Notes: a model not told the origin generated them from the letters alone. A stretch of 64,000 bases of DNA from Podarcis vaucheri (GCA_965113315.1 OZ220365.1); one strand, 5' to 3'. Positions 34,240 through 48,539 are shown, numbered from the stretch's first letter. Made by a program: numbers and translations.

Positions 34240-37200
34240 TGAGAGGGCCTTTCAGTGGCTGCACCCCATTTCCAGAACTCTCTTCCATAGGAGGTTTGTC
34301 CGACAGCTTCACTTTTGTCTTCTGTCATCTGCTAGGTCTACTGTGGATGTAGGCCAGCTGATTTACATGTCTAACTAGCTCTATGCAGGAGTTATAGAAT
34401 TCCACAAATGGAGGGGATATGAACTACAGGTACCATCCTGCTTCCAGTTTTTTAGTTGCTGCAAGCTTTATCCCCAACCTTTATTCAATGACATGAACAT
34501 ATGTAAGTACATGAGTGGGAATCTTTTTACAAAATTATACTTTGGTCAGCAGATCAGATCTCCAAGTCTCCTGGGCTAATTACGTCTGGGCAAGAGAAGA
34601 CATCAAGAACTACAGCTGCATAACCAAACTTGCTAACATTAAGAACTGATACCCTCCCCCTCTTCTTTTTTTGCAGGAAAAGTTTTCTTCTAAACAGCAT
34701 GCAACTGAGAAAGGGCCTAGTCAAGGAAAAGGTATAACAAGCAGAGGAAATACAACTTGCATGTCTGTTCTGTAGAACTGAATGATTTGCCAGCTCCCAA
34801 ATTTGACTTCAGCCCCTATAAAATGGCGATAGTCATATCAAGTAGCTGGCACTCATTGTGTTGTGCATTCTCAGTCCTAGTAAGCCTACACCAGTAACAT
34901 CTATTACTTTAATGGAAAAGAACAGAAACAATATTTGGTTTTCCATTGCAAGTACAAAATCCAGGTTTTATTCCATTGGCCTTTATGGCGTTATTAATCT
35001 TTTACATTGATAATAGAATTTTAGACCCACTTTTAAATGCATTGTTAAAGCTACGTACTTTGATGTCCTCTTGGAAAACAACTCAAGAGCTGAGGTTTTT
35101 CTAGACCTGTACTGAAACTGTTTCAACCCATTAGTTTTTATGCTTTACTCATGCATGACATCCTTTAAACTTGAAATTAGAAAAACAAATGTTAGGTTTT
35201 TCTTCCACCATCTGTTACTTGTTACATGACCCACAGAGAAAGCCAAACATTGTTAAAATTATATTACTTCTATGGATTCTTCTCGCTGTCTTCCACGTTC
35301 TGAATCACTCTGCAATATGTGCAACATATAGACAGATATATACGCCTTTTATGAGATCGTTGGCCTTAGCTTCTGCTAACATACCCACAAGCTGGCAGGT
35401 GTTTTTGGTGGCTGTAATTAACTTGCCGAAGCAATTATAGCAATTTGTCTGCTTTAAAGAGTTGATATATAGCTGATCCAGGTACTTACATACAGTACTC
35501 CACAGCTCTTAAATGCACCCCTGCATTTGTATGTTGGCAGGGTGGGAGAGGGAATCACCATTAGAGGATCCACATACACATGCATGTACCAATATTAAAG
35601 GAGAGACAGAATAACTTTAAGTGCAACTGTAACCTGATTAAATAGGTCAACTGTATGAATTCTAGGCTGCAGTTCTGTACATACTTATCTGGGAGTCAAG
35701 CCCAATGGACTTAGTGGGTCTTATCCTGAGTACACATCCATAGGCTTACATTTCAGTCAATTAATCTAGCAGTTAATTCGGTATGTATTGAGTTGTATAT
35801 GAGTAAAGGCAAAGGCAAGGATCGTCCTAACCTTACTTTTCGTAATGAAACAAAGTTCACGTTCATGGAACAGGATTTCTATATTCCTGGACCTCCCTCT
35901 GTGTCCCTTAAAGTCTGCTCCTGTGGGTTGGGAGACCTTTGGGAAGAGATATGGTGGCAGGAATTCATCAAAATCATTCATTCCTTAAATCAGGGGTGGG
36001 GAACTTTTTTCCTATTGAAGCCCAGCATTTCCTAGGGATAATCTGTGTGGAGGAACTTAATGCTGAAGATAATAGTCCTGAGGCCCCAGAGCTACACTCT
36101 TCTCTCTACAGTCACACAATGCTTAGGTCTCAGCCTAGCAAAGCAGACCTTTGCACATTAATGGGCTTCTGCACATATAGCACTTGATGGATTAGGAACC
36201 AGGAACGTAAATATGATGTGGCTCCAAATTATGTATCTTCTATCTCGGCTGGTTTTCCTTAAATCAAGACTGAGAAACCTCAGGCCCTGGAGCCATATGC
36301 TGCTCCCCTGGTCTCTATATCTCACCTTCAGGACTCTGCTCAGGCCACTCACCCTCCCCAGGCCACATCCCTCACTGGTGTATATTTTGCTCTAGGAGGC
36401 TTAGTTTGGTCAGAATCGAGTATACAGAATGCTAAATAACATTACTTTTGGTACATGAGCCACCAAAACCTCTAGAGGGCCACGAAAAATTGTGTCCAGG
36501 ACTTATTAGACTCATCTACCCTTATACTATCTGAAATCAAAGGGGCGAATTGGTTGTCAGATGTGATTTCCCCCCCCCCCCGGCTCTCGTATCCTACTAG
36601 CTTAAATCACACTGTATGCTCTATTTTTCACATAATTACTTGATTGTTTTAGGACAAGTTGAGGAGTGATGCATATGTTTCTGTTAACAAAATATGAGAT
36701 TTTTGAAGGCAGCCCCTTCAACAATGCATAAGATCCTCTGAAATCCATATAGAGTTGACTCAAAATATCCAGTGAAAAAAGCTGACTCAAATATAGCCCT
36801 GTTAACACCTGAAAAGAGAACATGCTAAAGTTTTTCCTTCTTCTTCTGCCAGTCACTTAACTGACACACACAAAGGAGAATTGGAACCTCTAAACTACAG
36901 AGTCTTGGTACTTAGAAGAATGTTCTGGTATGTGGCAAGTCCTGATACATGGCAAGATCATTAACTGTACAGAGGGGGTGTGCTTTTCATCAGTGCTTAA
37001 AAGGTCTATTTTGACCTGAGAAGGTCAGGTTGGCTTTTTCAAATGCCTGAAAATGAATAACTCACACCTGGAATCTAAGTGGCACCACTTTGTGAGGTGA
37101 AGGTAGCTAAGGAGTTACACCGGAGAACAGTTTCAGTGGGAATGTTAGAGCTATCCAGAAGTGCACTGAGACAGAGTGTTCTTTGGTTTATTGTGAAAAC

Positions 37201-38666
37201 TTTCCAAAAGTATCTACTTAAGTATCTGTTTGGAAGGTAATTGGCCCACTTTTTCTAGGGTCAGGACACTTAAAAAGAGAAACTACCAAAGACAATGATG
37301 AATCTCAGATTTGAACTTCATTTTAGAGTTGTATATAACTCCAGACTAAAGGAAGTCTGAAGGAAACCACTACCTGAATAATTAGCAAGTTTCCCACTTT
37401 TTCTGTGCCTTTTACAATTGAGTGGCATATCAAGCTTTCTCTGTATTGAAGAATGGTGAGAAGGAAGCTCCATCTATTGGATTTCTGGCTGTCAAAGAAC
37501 AGTTAGGCACAGAGCATTCTAACCCCGATACTGTCAATGGAAAGGAATGCAGGGATAACCATAGATCATGTGCACACGCAAAAATGGCAGAGTTACAAAT
37601 GTGTAATGAGATTCCAGTAAGAATCTAGCTAATTAGATGACAGTTGCTATTAATTTTCCATGTTACTGGAAATGGCACAAGACCCTATTTTTGTAATAAT
37701 GACTTGGAAAACTGTCACCACGTGATCAAATTTCAACACAATGTCAAATTGTGTTCCATCTCGTATGCAATGCCATTAGCTTGGCTAAAGTCGGGAGCTC
37801 TCTGAAGAAAGAGTTCAGCAGTAATTTTTGGAAAACTTTGAGCCTCTCTTAGAAGTACATTGGCATGTGGATGAAAAGATTCTTAAGAATTTGGACTTTA
37901 AGAAAGGAAAAAAGGAACATTTCAACCCTTCTCCCCCCAAACTTTAAAAAATAATGATGACAGGGCCCTGGAAAGTAAATGAAATGTATTAAATGACCAT
38001 TGCTCTCAAATAAAGTCAAGAATTAAGTGCAGCTATAACCAAGGTAAAAAATGTACTTAAGATAAATGAAAAGAAAAGTAGTCTACTCCTCTGATTAAAC
38101 TCTGCTGACAAGTATTATATTTTACTTAATGAAAGTATTTATAATGCGTCCTTCACTCAAAGGGCAGAACTATACATAGTTGAAACCTAAAATGAAAAAT
38201 AAAATTAAAGCAGCAAAGAACAAAATAGCAAGATTAAGTTACAAATAAAAGCAGTTGCAACAAAAATTCAAGCGCTAGCATATCTGGCCCCTCCCCAAGA
38301 ACCTGGGCAAAGAGATGCAGCTACTGCGGCTGGCAAAGTGATATTAATCTCGTGGTTAGGCACACCTCAAAAGGTTGATATTTCCCAAGCACTTCCTGGT
38401 GATATGGATATTACAACAACTGTGCAGACAGTGTTTCTGCAAAAATGCAAGCATTTCTCCCCAAGCAAGTCCTTCAGCCTCTGTGCCACATGCCCACACG
38501 TCCTGTCAAATCAGGTTTGCATTTTCTTTGTGCAACTTTTGATGCCAATTGAACAGAAACAAGCTCGAAGCTTTTTTCCTTTCATTTATCAGAATGCCCT
38601 AGCCCCTAGCCCTGAATTTTTCAGGTTCCTTCCTGGGGCACCTCTACAGTGTATGCCATTTTTTCC

Positions 38667-38717
<51 letters not shown>
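38667..38717. repeat. (TTTC)n microsatellite
   Basis: Directly visible. Confidence 0.98.
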
Positions 38718-41185
38718 AAATGTTGACCACAAAATCCCAGGGAGGGGCAAATGACATTTAGTTCTGTGCCACCAAAATCACATTTAAAAGTGCCTAGTCC
38801 CTAGTATAAACCCTATTTGTTGGTAAAAATGGCAAGTTTCTTACCTAGTGGTACATCTTGTGTGTCTTACAAATTACTTATAAAACAAAATGATAGTTTA
38901 AGTGAATCCTTTTTTAAGCAGTCCCAAACTAGAAATGCTGCCCTTGAAGAAAAGCCACTGCAGCAATCCTTCTGGAAATTGCCAGGATTTTCAGAGGTTA
39001 CCATGCCTGCACCCCCCCCCCCAAATTTGGACAAAACAACAACAACCCAGACCTATTCAGAGGTTCATTGGAGTGAGGCTGAGATAGCTGTCATACAGAT
39101 AGCTGCAGGTTGGGTTGCACAGGTCAAGCTATTTGGGGCTTTCAGGGGGCAGGGCATCAGGCAGGAAGCAGAGGCAAGAGTGAGCAAGAAGAATGGGAGA
39201 CTCAAGGCAGGACCTACTGGATTCTTCATTCCACCAGATCTCTCCTCTTTCTGTTCCCCAGAAGCAGCAATGTACTGTATAGGATGGAATCTTCCAGCTG
39301 AACAACTGCTGATCTAGTTCATCTGATTTTTGTGTGTTGCTTTTCCTTTGTGAGCAGCTTCCCTTCCATTTAGCTATTAAGTGGAGGATCCAATCCTGCA
39401 CAGTACTGGCCATGGCTCTTTAACAAGTGGATTTCCTGCATGTGAGCACTTCCCGTTGCAAGCCAGGAAGCTGATCGTGAAGGATGAGCAATTTGCACTA
39501 CACAGGATCATATTCTCCTGCTAAGCAGGAGGATCTGATCCTGCATGGGGCTGGGGCACCCCCACACAGCCATATTTTTTAACCCTACTTTAACTAAACT
39601 GTTAAGTTAAAATAGGATTTTAACAGCTCTTAGACCAACATCCAGATTGCTTTGGGGAAAAATCTGGGGCAAGGCAGGTGCCCTCCAGGGCAGCACAGGG
39701 CATATCAACCTGATCCAGGGGCCACAGATCAGAGCAGATCAGGGGGTCCACGAGGAGCCCTAATAAGGGCCATTTGCTTAGATGATGAAAGAGGAGTAGG
39801 CACACTAATATTGGATACGTAAGACTGCAATTAGGCATAACAGCTTCCAGAATGAGACAGAATGCCACAGAATACTAGTTCCTAGGGAGCAACAACAAGT
39901 GGTCTATTACCTTCAAGCCCTATTTGTTAGCTTTCTGCATGGCACCTTGTACTGGACTTAGATGGGTGGGCTATTGGTCTGACCCAGTAGGTCTCTTCAT
40001 CTGTTCAGAACTGAGCCATTGCTGCAGAAGAAAAAAGACAATATTCCATTTTCTGTATGTGTGGTGTGTGTTTTTAGCAGTCAAATCCATCCTATTCTTT
40101 TCGCCCCTTGTGTGTCATTTATTTGAATATCCTTTAGCTATGCCATTGCTTCAGAGTTCCTTTGTTTCTCTCTTGCTCTCTTTTAATCAGACTGCAATTC
40201 CAAGGTGGATGCAACTTTTAATCAGCGTATTTGTTTAAAGTGCATTGCCTTGACCAGAACATGTCTTTCCCACCCCCACTGTATTATTTCATCTGGGATA
40301 TGGCTGTCATTTTATCATGTTTATTTGCTTTAGGCGTGCCTGCCTGAACCACAGGCAGTTTCTGCAATGTGCCTTGAGGCGCATTCTCAAATCCCCACGT
40401 CCCTTTTGCTGAGTCTTGAAACGAGTTGCATCGCTGGGTGTTTATACATATCACCGAGATGGCACCAGGAGCTGAAATCATGCCCTTAGGGTTGAGTTCT
40501 ATTTGGAGGTGCCAAAATGGTTTCTCTGCTCTCACTCAGCAGCGTGACACGCGGTCACTCATTTCATGAGCTGCAAATGAAGCCATTGAAGTGACTTTGG
40601 TATAGCAGACGGTCCATGCAGCATTTTTTGGCAACCGTATGTGTCATAACGCCTTAAAGAATAGAGGGGCTGGGAGGTTCGGAAATTCACAAAGAGTGAC
40701 ACCTAAGAGCATGCTAATGCTTTCACCATCCTGCTGCATATTGTCTTGTCGGCTGAGTCCAGGAAATGAACGTGTAACTCAAACCTACCCTTGTAGCTCT
40801 CCAGCTTATTAAAGCAGAAATCTGAAATATTTTTTATTTATTTTTCTGAATCTAGGGTGGTATTATTAATAATATTCCAACCAATGCCTCTGGTCATATG
40901 CTTTGACCTTTGAGAAGTCCTTTGTGAAGCTCGATCCTGAAACCACTTATTCCAGCAGGGGACTCATTGAAGTCAACAGAGCTCCTGTCAGCATACATGC
41001 TTGGGGCACTGGAGCTTTATTATCTAATCAATGTCACTGCAGATATTCATACCAGTTGAAACCAACCGGGGATCACAAACTTTTTATATTACGATTCCAG
41101 AATAAAGTTCTTTATTGAACAGTTTGGAGTGAAATGAGCATGGATAACAAGCATGGATGTTTCTGAAAGGCTTTATAATTTAAAG

Positions 41186-41397
41186 CAGGTCTGGGGAACC
41201 AGCAGCCCTCCCGTCGTTTTTGGACTCTTAATCTCAGGATCGTACGTTCGAGCCCCATGCTGGGCAAAAAAGATTCCTGCGTTGCAGGAGGTTGCACTCC
41301 AACTCCCATCAACACCCACCAGCAAGGCCCACATGATCAGAAATTATGGGACCTGGAGTCCAGCAACATCTGAAGGGCCACAGAATTCCCACCCCTG
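41186..41397. mobile_element. hAT MITE containing an internal tRNA-Lys SINE fragment (~41227-41298)
   Basis: Ends CAGGTCTGGGGAACC...ATTCCCACCCCTG with TSD ATTTAAAG/ATTTAAAA. The insert GACTCTTAATCTCAGGATCGTACGTTCGAGCCCCATGCTGGGC resembles the 3' half of tRNA-Lys(CTT) and is followed by CR1-like TTCCTGCGTTGCAGGAGGTTGCACT. Confidence 0.8.
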
Positions 41398-43501
41398 ATT
41401 TAAAAAGACTAGGAAAATGTCTCTTCCCATTCTGGGTAGGTGGGTGGCCTAAGAAAGAGAATCTCTCAGTCACCTTATCTGCAGTGCTAAGCCAATACCC
41501 CCAATTTATTTATTTTTAAAATTTGCCCCCCAAGAAAGTGTGGAGAGATATTCAGCCCAGATTGAAAATAAATCCAGAGCTATGATATATCAAAATATCA
41601 ACCACTCAAACTTATCCAGTTTTCATCACTTGTCAGAGCTCTCTTTTGTCAGTGGAAATATAGGCTTGCCACTGAGAACTCAACTGGCAAACATGTTTGG
41701 GGAGAGAGGAGTAAAATGAACAAGGGCAAATCAGCAAACTTATTTGTGAAAGAAATGAGAAGACATATCTTCAGTGGACAGCTGACATTTCTCATAGGAG
41801 GGTAAATGCAGGAGGGAGTGATCCCATTTATACAACCAGTTCCAGATCCCATTTCATGCTTTACAAATATACAGTATAGGGTGCTTCCTCCCTTTGTGTT
41901 CTCTCAGAGACCGAACATGCTCCCCAGGGCAACCCTCACCATTCCTTGTCATTCAGAGAACACAGCCAGCTGCTGAAGCTAGGGCTCCCATTGCACTGTT
42001 ACCAAGCCACCAGATCAGACTGGAAAAACATGTGTTAGTGCCCTGTATATTATCTTTGGAGCTCACGGGTGCCACACTAGCACAGCAACATTTGCTTTTC
42101 AAAATGCCATTCAAAGTTGTCACTGGTACACATCAGGACACCACAAGAAAATGACTTTCAATAGGGAGACTGAAAAGGCACATTCTTATGAAGGTAATCA
42201 ACTTTGTGGTGGTGATGGTGGGGTGTTTCTTTTCATATTATTTTACTCAGTAAGGTTTTGGAATGTTTATCCTTTTTTCACCCCCCTTTCTTCCTAAGGC
42301 TGTCTCATCCAAATGTTTTTGTAACTTCATGAACGTGTCAAAGGTCCTCTGCGGGAATTCTGTGGGAAATATGCGGAATGACCTGCACATAAGAAACAAG
42401 GAAAACATCACAGCATGAGATACCATGGAAGTTAAAATGAAGCATCTGCAGCTCTGCACATGGCACTACAGAGATCTGTAACAGGACGTCCATATTCAAA
42501 GGACAGCCAGAATGTTAGGCTCACATACTGATTGAGAACCTTGCATTATTATAATCAGCATGCAGAATGTGGATCAGTATTTCTAAATGAGGAATGTTGA
42601 TACAAAAGAGGGGTCTATTGCTTTTTTTGTAGGCTCTTTGGTCTTTCTTAAAACACACATGGAATCAAAAATCTGTTTTCAAAAAGTCCATGTGATGAAA
42701 TCTCCTGAGCCTTTTGGTTATTTGTTAGAAATATCGTCAACAATTATTATCCTTAGCAGTCAAATTTCCAGAGATGACCAATGTTTTCCCGTGCTAATGA
42801 AATGAATGAATCTATCCCATGCTCAACAAATAACTTCTTAAGAACAGCCAAATTAAAAATTAGCTGTAAACTCAGAATTGTAGTTCATTGTTTTCATATT
42901 TTCAGATGAAACAGACACAGAGCGAAGAACACAAAGGATGGAAAGATTGTTCACTGTATATGTAAAATAACAAGCAATGCTTAGCTCCAGTTGAAACTAG
43001 TAGAACTGCTCTCCTTGTTTGTTTGTTTAATGTTAATCATCTAAATGCTAACAGTACAGAATGTCAAAGAAACATAGGCCACTCACTGCCTCTAAGAACT
43101 CATGCTGTCATATTTATCAGATGTCATATTTGCTGCCTTCTATGAGAGAGAGCTGTTTTTCATATTGTGGAACTGAAGGCAATCTAATGCTAGAAAACAA
43201 ACAATGGAAACATTGAGTTAGATTCAGATTAAGACTGCAATTATACATCCATTTACTAGGGAGAAAGCCCCCTTGACCTAAGTAGGGCTCACTTATGAGT
43301 CGTCTTATGAGTCTGATGCAGGAAAAGCTTGAGTAGGTCAGAATTACCAAATTCCACAGAATCATTCTCCATGTCTAATTGCTGGAAGTTGATTCTTAGT
43401 CAGATAGAATAAACAGTGGGATACAAATTGTCATGAACACTTTTGGTGATATTGTTTTGTGTTGAACATGCCAATCTGTTATAAGAAAATATGGAGACAG
43501 T

Positions 43502-43631
43502 CAGGGCTTTTTTTCAGCTGGAACTCATCAGAACTCAGTTCCAGCACCTCTCAGGTGGACGCCATTCTAAGAGAACAACAGTGGTCATCATGGTGAGTTC
43601 TGGCCCCTCTTTTTCTATAAAAATAGCACTG
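43502..43631. mobile_element. hAT MITE, 130 bp
   Basis: Ends CAGGGCTTTTTTT...AAAAATAGCACTG. TSD GAGACAGT/GAGATAGT (7/8). Confidence 0.8.
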
Positions 43632-46600
43632 GAGATAGTAAATTTGCTGGGGGGGGGGTGACCATTAGGTGTCCTAGGGGGTTGGGGAAAAGAATCTGCC
43701 ATCAGTGACGGATAGGCTGTTGTGAATCTAGATTCTGTTGACTCATATTGTCAGGGTAAGAGAAGGAAGGCATAGAGATGATAAATTTGTTCAGGCATTT
43801 GTTTATAATACATTAGAAAGCAGAAGTACAGGATGCCCTTCAACAGTAAGGTTTACTTGGAGAGATTTGATATGTTTTAATTGGTATAGTCTTTTTATAT
43901 TGATAGTTCTTAAGTATAGCATTTATGTATTCACATAACTTTTATGAACAATGTTAATCTACCTTTCAAGGCCAAAAAACCGGAAGAATGGAAGATTCAC
44001 AGAGCTTATAAATTGATGGGCTTTGTGTATGTGGTGGATAGCAGTGGGAGGGGAGAGCATAGGCTCTATAGCAAAGATTGTTATATTTGGTACCAAAGCA
44101 AGAACATTGAGATTATAACCAGCAAACTAGGTCTAGTTTGATGATATGCCATGCTCAAGTATGAGGTCCAAATTTACTACACAATAGTAAATGGCACACA
44201 TAGGGAGACAATAAGTAGGCAGCTAATAAAGGAAGGTATGTCAAGCACAGCAGCAGAAAGAAATGTGGCAGGAAAAACAACAATCTCTTTTCCTTGCCAT
44301 GAATTTATTCTGTAGCAACAGAAAGGTATAGATATGGGATCTTTTCTCTCTCTTTTTCTTTTGGTAGACTGAGTCTCAATGATAACAGCTTCCGATGCAA
44401 AGTGTTCTGTCACTGCCACAAGTTTTATGACCTTCCCTTCTTCCCCATGAAGTCTCCCAACTCAGCCAGTGGTCTGGAACAGATGACAACACTGTTTCTT
44501 TGTTCTCTTAGCCTGTGGCTGGGTGTATCGAGGGGGTTTCTCGGCACAGTTGGTCAGCATTGTGCATTTTGTTCTTTACCCAGCAGATACTAAAGAAACA
44601 CAGGAGCACAGCAGGGCCCAAATGACAGTGCTTAATAATATAAACAGACATGCAAGTGCTAAAGACATGTGCCTGGTAAAGCAACTATTCTGGAAGCTTA
44701 CAAAGCACACACAGTAATTTACAGAGCTACCACCTTCTTCGTGTCCACTTCAGAAGGATATGATCTAGTCAGTACCTGGTCCTGTACTACTGGATCTTGG
44801 CAGTGGGTGATCTATTGCTAGGAAAAGGTACAAGACAAAGCTGGTGCAGTAGCCCCAGAAAGCCCCAGGAGTCCTTTGCTTGCTAACAATTTCAATTGAG
44901 AATTTAAAAATTCCAGTCTTTAACTATAAATGTAACTTTAAAAAATAATAATCAAATGCTTGTGGATCTTCCTGATGTCTTTACAATGATTGCCCAAAAT
45001 TTCACAAGCAGAAGCAGGATTATTTTTATATCTGTAGTTTTTACTTCTTTTAACACCGTTAAATATATATGGGCATTATCAAGACAATTATAAGCAATGG
45101 GACACAATTAGCATTAGCTTTATCATTGAAATTTATTACCCCTTTGGCTCAATTGTGCCCTTACTTTTTAAATGAAAGCTGAAAAGTTGAGAGGCGGGTC
45201 TAGAATATCAGTGAGGGGGGAAGTGAAGCCCTACCAACCTACCACTACAATGGATTCAAAAATGTTAATTAAAAAAAAAAGATTTGGGCAGATGCGAGGA
45301 GAAAATCAATCACCCAACTAGCCTCACCCCAGACATGATCCTGCTCCAGTCTGCAGCACTCCTACAGGTCCTGATAACAGTACTTGCTGTCAAACTACAA
45401 GGAGAGAGGGTGCAAAGGTGAAGAACCTACAGCTATCTATGTGAATAGAAAATGATGGAGAGAATTTGAAGAGGTGGAATCCAAAGAATGGATGTGAGAT
45501 GCTGAAGAAGAAAGACTCTTACTTTCAGATCATGCCACTTTAAGAAGAGAAAGTTTCAGTTCTTGCAAAGTAAGAATGACATTTTTCTTTTACTTAAGGG
45601 AGCCCCTTTAACAAACTAGCTGGGATCATGGCCTTTATGAATTATGGACCCTTCACACCATGGATAGAAACCATAATACTCACTCCTTGCCAGTGAAGTA
45701 TATTAATAGTAGATTTGGCTTGACATTATGGTCATTAGGGCCCTCTGGAGTTCTACTATAAATGTCAGTAGTTGTTGTCAGAAAGTTAAAGGTTTTGTTT
45801 CCTACAGGCTATAATAGCTGTATGCGTGTGTACGTGTGTGTGTGCATGCTGCCTACCTGCAAATAAATCTTATATCAAATAAGGTGCACTGCATTATGAA
45901 AACAAAACTAGCCATTTAGTGGACAGTGAAATGTGTGACTACCAGCTGGTGTTCTCCAGCTTGTGGCAGCGGGCACAAGAATTACCAATAAAATAGAATA
46001 ATCAATAACATGTGGTAAAATACATGTCCTTAAAGAATTAGTTTTACTACTGATCGTGTTCCCGGGTATTTTATAGAGATGTGCTCTTGGCTATCCCATT
46101 TAGAAATTGCATCAAGCTGCTTGCTGAGTGCAAAACCAGAGAATCAGAAGCAGTCTGATATTATAGCAAACTGGAGCCAAACCTGAATGTCCAATTCATC
46201 ACAAACACTTGTATAAATGTATATGCTTTATTTAAATGCGCTTATTTCCTAATGGGAATCTCAGGGTTTAGTGTGAGCCAAGGCTTTAATATGGGATGCT
46301 GTTTTCAATGCCAGATCATTCACAGTGGAATTTTGATGAATTTGCATGGGCAACACACACAAATAGGCAATCATTTCAGATCCCCGTTAAGTCCTTATGT
46401 GTAAAGATTGGGACTCCTCTTTAGGGGAACACACTGAAATATATAAAGTAATCTACCTATTTTATGGGTTGATTCCCAAAAGAAATGGGGTTTGCTCACC
46501 ACTATGGTCAGATTTCCTTCATAATTAGAACAAAATGATGTTTGATTTCATCAAGGTGGGGTTGAGCTAGATTTGCTCTTTTATGTGTATTACTTTGAGG

Positions 46601-46877
46601 ATTATAGGTTGTTTTATATCTGTTTTGAATCTTTGTTTTTCTAAGTCACTTTGATTTCATTCTTGGGGATGGGGGGGAGGTTGGTAAATAATAAATAAAT
46701 CTTTATGATGTAAGTTAAAGGAATATTTTGATACAAAGCCATCGTCTGCTGTTTTTGTGTGAAGACACTGAGAACCAATTCACACACTATTCTGTTAATG
46801 AAAGGAGAAAACTAAGATGCTTCCTGTGAAAACTAAGATGCTGCTCAAGAGTCTTTCTCAGGGCGGTCACTAAGGTC

Positions 46878-47274
46878 CAGGGACGCGGACTTAGAAAAAA
46901 TATTGGGGGGGCCCGGGAAAGCTCATGAATAATAAATAAGCTCATGAATATGCAAATAGAGTGGCTCCGGCCCTAAATAGGGCAAGCCACGCCCCCCAGC
47001 CAGCCGATTGGCTGGCTGGGAGGTGTGGCCAGTCGGGATTCCCCTGTTCTCGCGGGATTTCCGGATTTCCGGCAGTGCCTTGGCAGCCGGGGCTCTCCGA
47101 TTAGGGCGCGCGGCTGGCTGGCTGGCGAAGGAGCAGGTGCGGAGGAGGCGGGGGACGGCGGCGGCGCTCTACTGGAAGGGCGCCCGCCCGAGATTATTGG
47201 GGGGGCTGAGCCCCCCCAAAAATTTTTTTGAGGGGGCTCGAGCCCCCTCAAGCCCCATGGAGTCGGCGCCTATG
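46878..47274. mobile_element. Young CpG-rich non-autonomous hAT (Ac-type), 397 bp
   Basis: Imperfect TIRs CAGGGACGCGGACT / AGTCGGCGCCTATG. Perfect TSD CTAAGGTC (46870-46877, 47275-47282). CpGs intact. Confidence 0.92.
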
Positions 47275-48539
47275 CTAAGGTCAGTCATTCAACCACTTCA
47301 CCGTGTTCAGACTTCGCTTTAAACACCTGCTCTCACCATCTACTGGCAAAAAGAGCCTTGGGAATCTCACTTTATTATTACTCAAGTACATCACTACCAG
47401 TCATGTGGGGTAAGAATTGTTCTTCTTATAATCCACCCAGATCAGAACAAAGAATGCTAAACATATTTCATTATGTAGCATAATATCCAGAACAAGTAGT
47501 AATTATATGCAGCATTTTTATAGTTCTGGTTTCCTAACTAGATGGTTTCCTAACCTAGCATAACTGATTATCATGAGCTCTCATAACAGCTCTCCTAACT
47601 CATATGCTCATTATCCTTCTCCTCTAATTCCCTCTCAATCTCTTTCTCATTCGCAGAATCTCCTTCCCCACTTCAACTGCCATTCCTCAAGCAACGCTCT
47701 GTACCTGCGGCTCACTCTAACTCCACCCAGCATTCCCCTCCCCTCCCCTCCAGTCAATCATTCCTCTACTAGCACCTTTGCCATAAACTAAGAATTTTGC
47801 CGACGCCCCCCCCCCCCCCGCTGCTCCATCACTTGAGCATTTAAGTGGCTGGTAGTGGTGGCACAGGAGCAGACGAAGGAAGTGAGCAATTCCAACTGCT
47901 AGAACAATGAATAAACACTCATTTGAATCCCTAGACATTGCAACCAATCTTCTTCTAGTGGCGATCAACACACGCTTTAATTGAGAGGTGATGCTTAGTT
48001 GGAGACTACATTGAGGCTGGGGGTAGTCCGTGCCTCACTACCAATAACTGAAAATAGACCACGTGATTTCTTGGACCAGGGATTGGGGGGGGGAGGCAGA
48101 AATATAATAATAAGGTGTTGTGGTAGATAATATTTTCTTCCATTGTATCATGGAATTTGTGTGCTCTTGCATCACAGGTAGAAAGGTTCTCATGAAAATC
48201 CTTCCTATAAAACAAAATCTATCCTAAGAAATTGCCACGTTTTAACTGCTGCAAGGTGTTGTCTGATGCTGTCATGGCAGAATCTGTCTGGTGCATGTTG
48301 AAAATAAATCAGAGCACAAATGGAAAGTGCAATAAATGGCATAAAAGAATATACACTAACATTTATGGCAGTTGGTAGGGAATCTGGAAGGGCCCTGGTG
48401 AAGATTAACAGCAGGGATAAAGTTTCCAGTTGGAGAACACATTATGCTGAATTAACAGTCATGAGGTGGAGGAAATAAAATTGAAAAATCATCATTTGAT
48501 TTCTTTACAAAGGACTTAGAAAAGTAAACTTGAAAAACT

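Noticed and set aside
41223-41265. tRNA-Lys gene
   Set aside because: Only the mutated 3' half is present, followed by a CR1-like tail; it is a SINE fragment.
46878-47322. Host-gene CpG island or first coding exon
   Set aside because: GC-rich sequence is exactly bounded by TIRs and an 8-bp TSD; the ORFs are composition artefacts.
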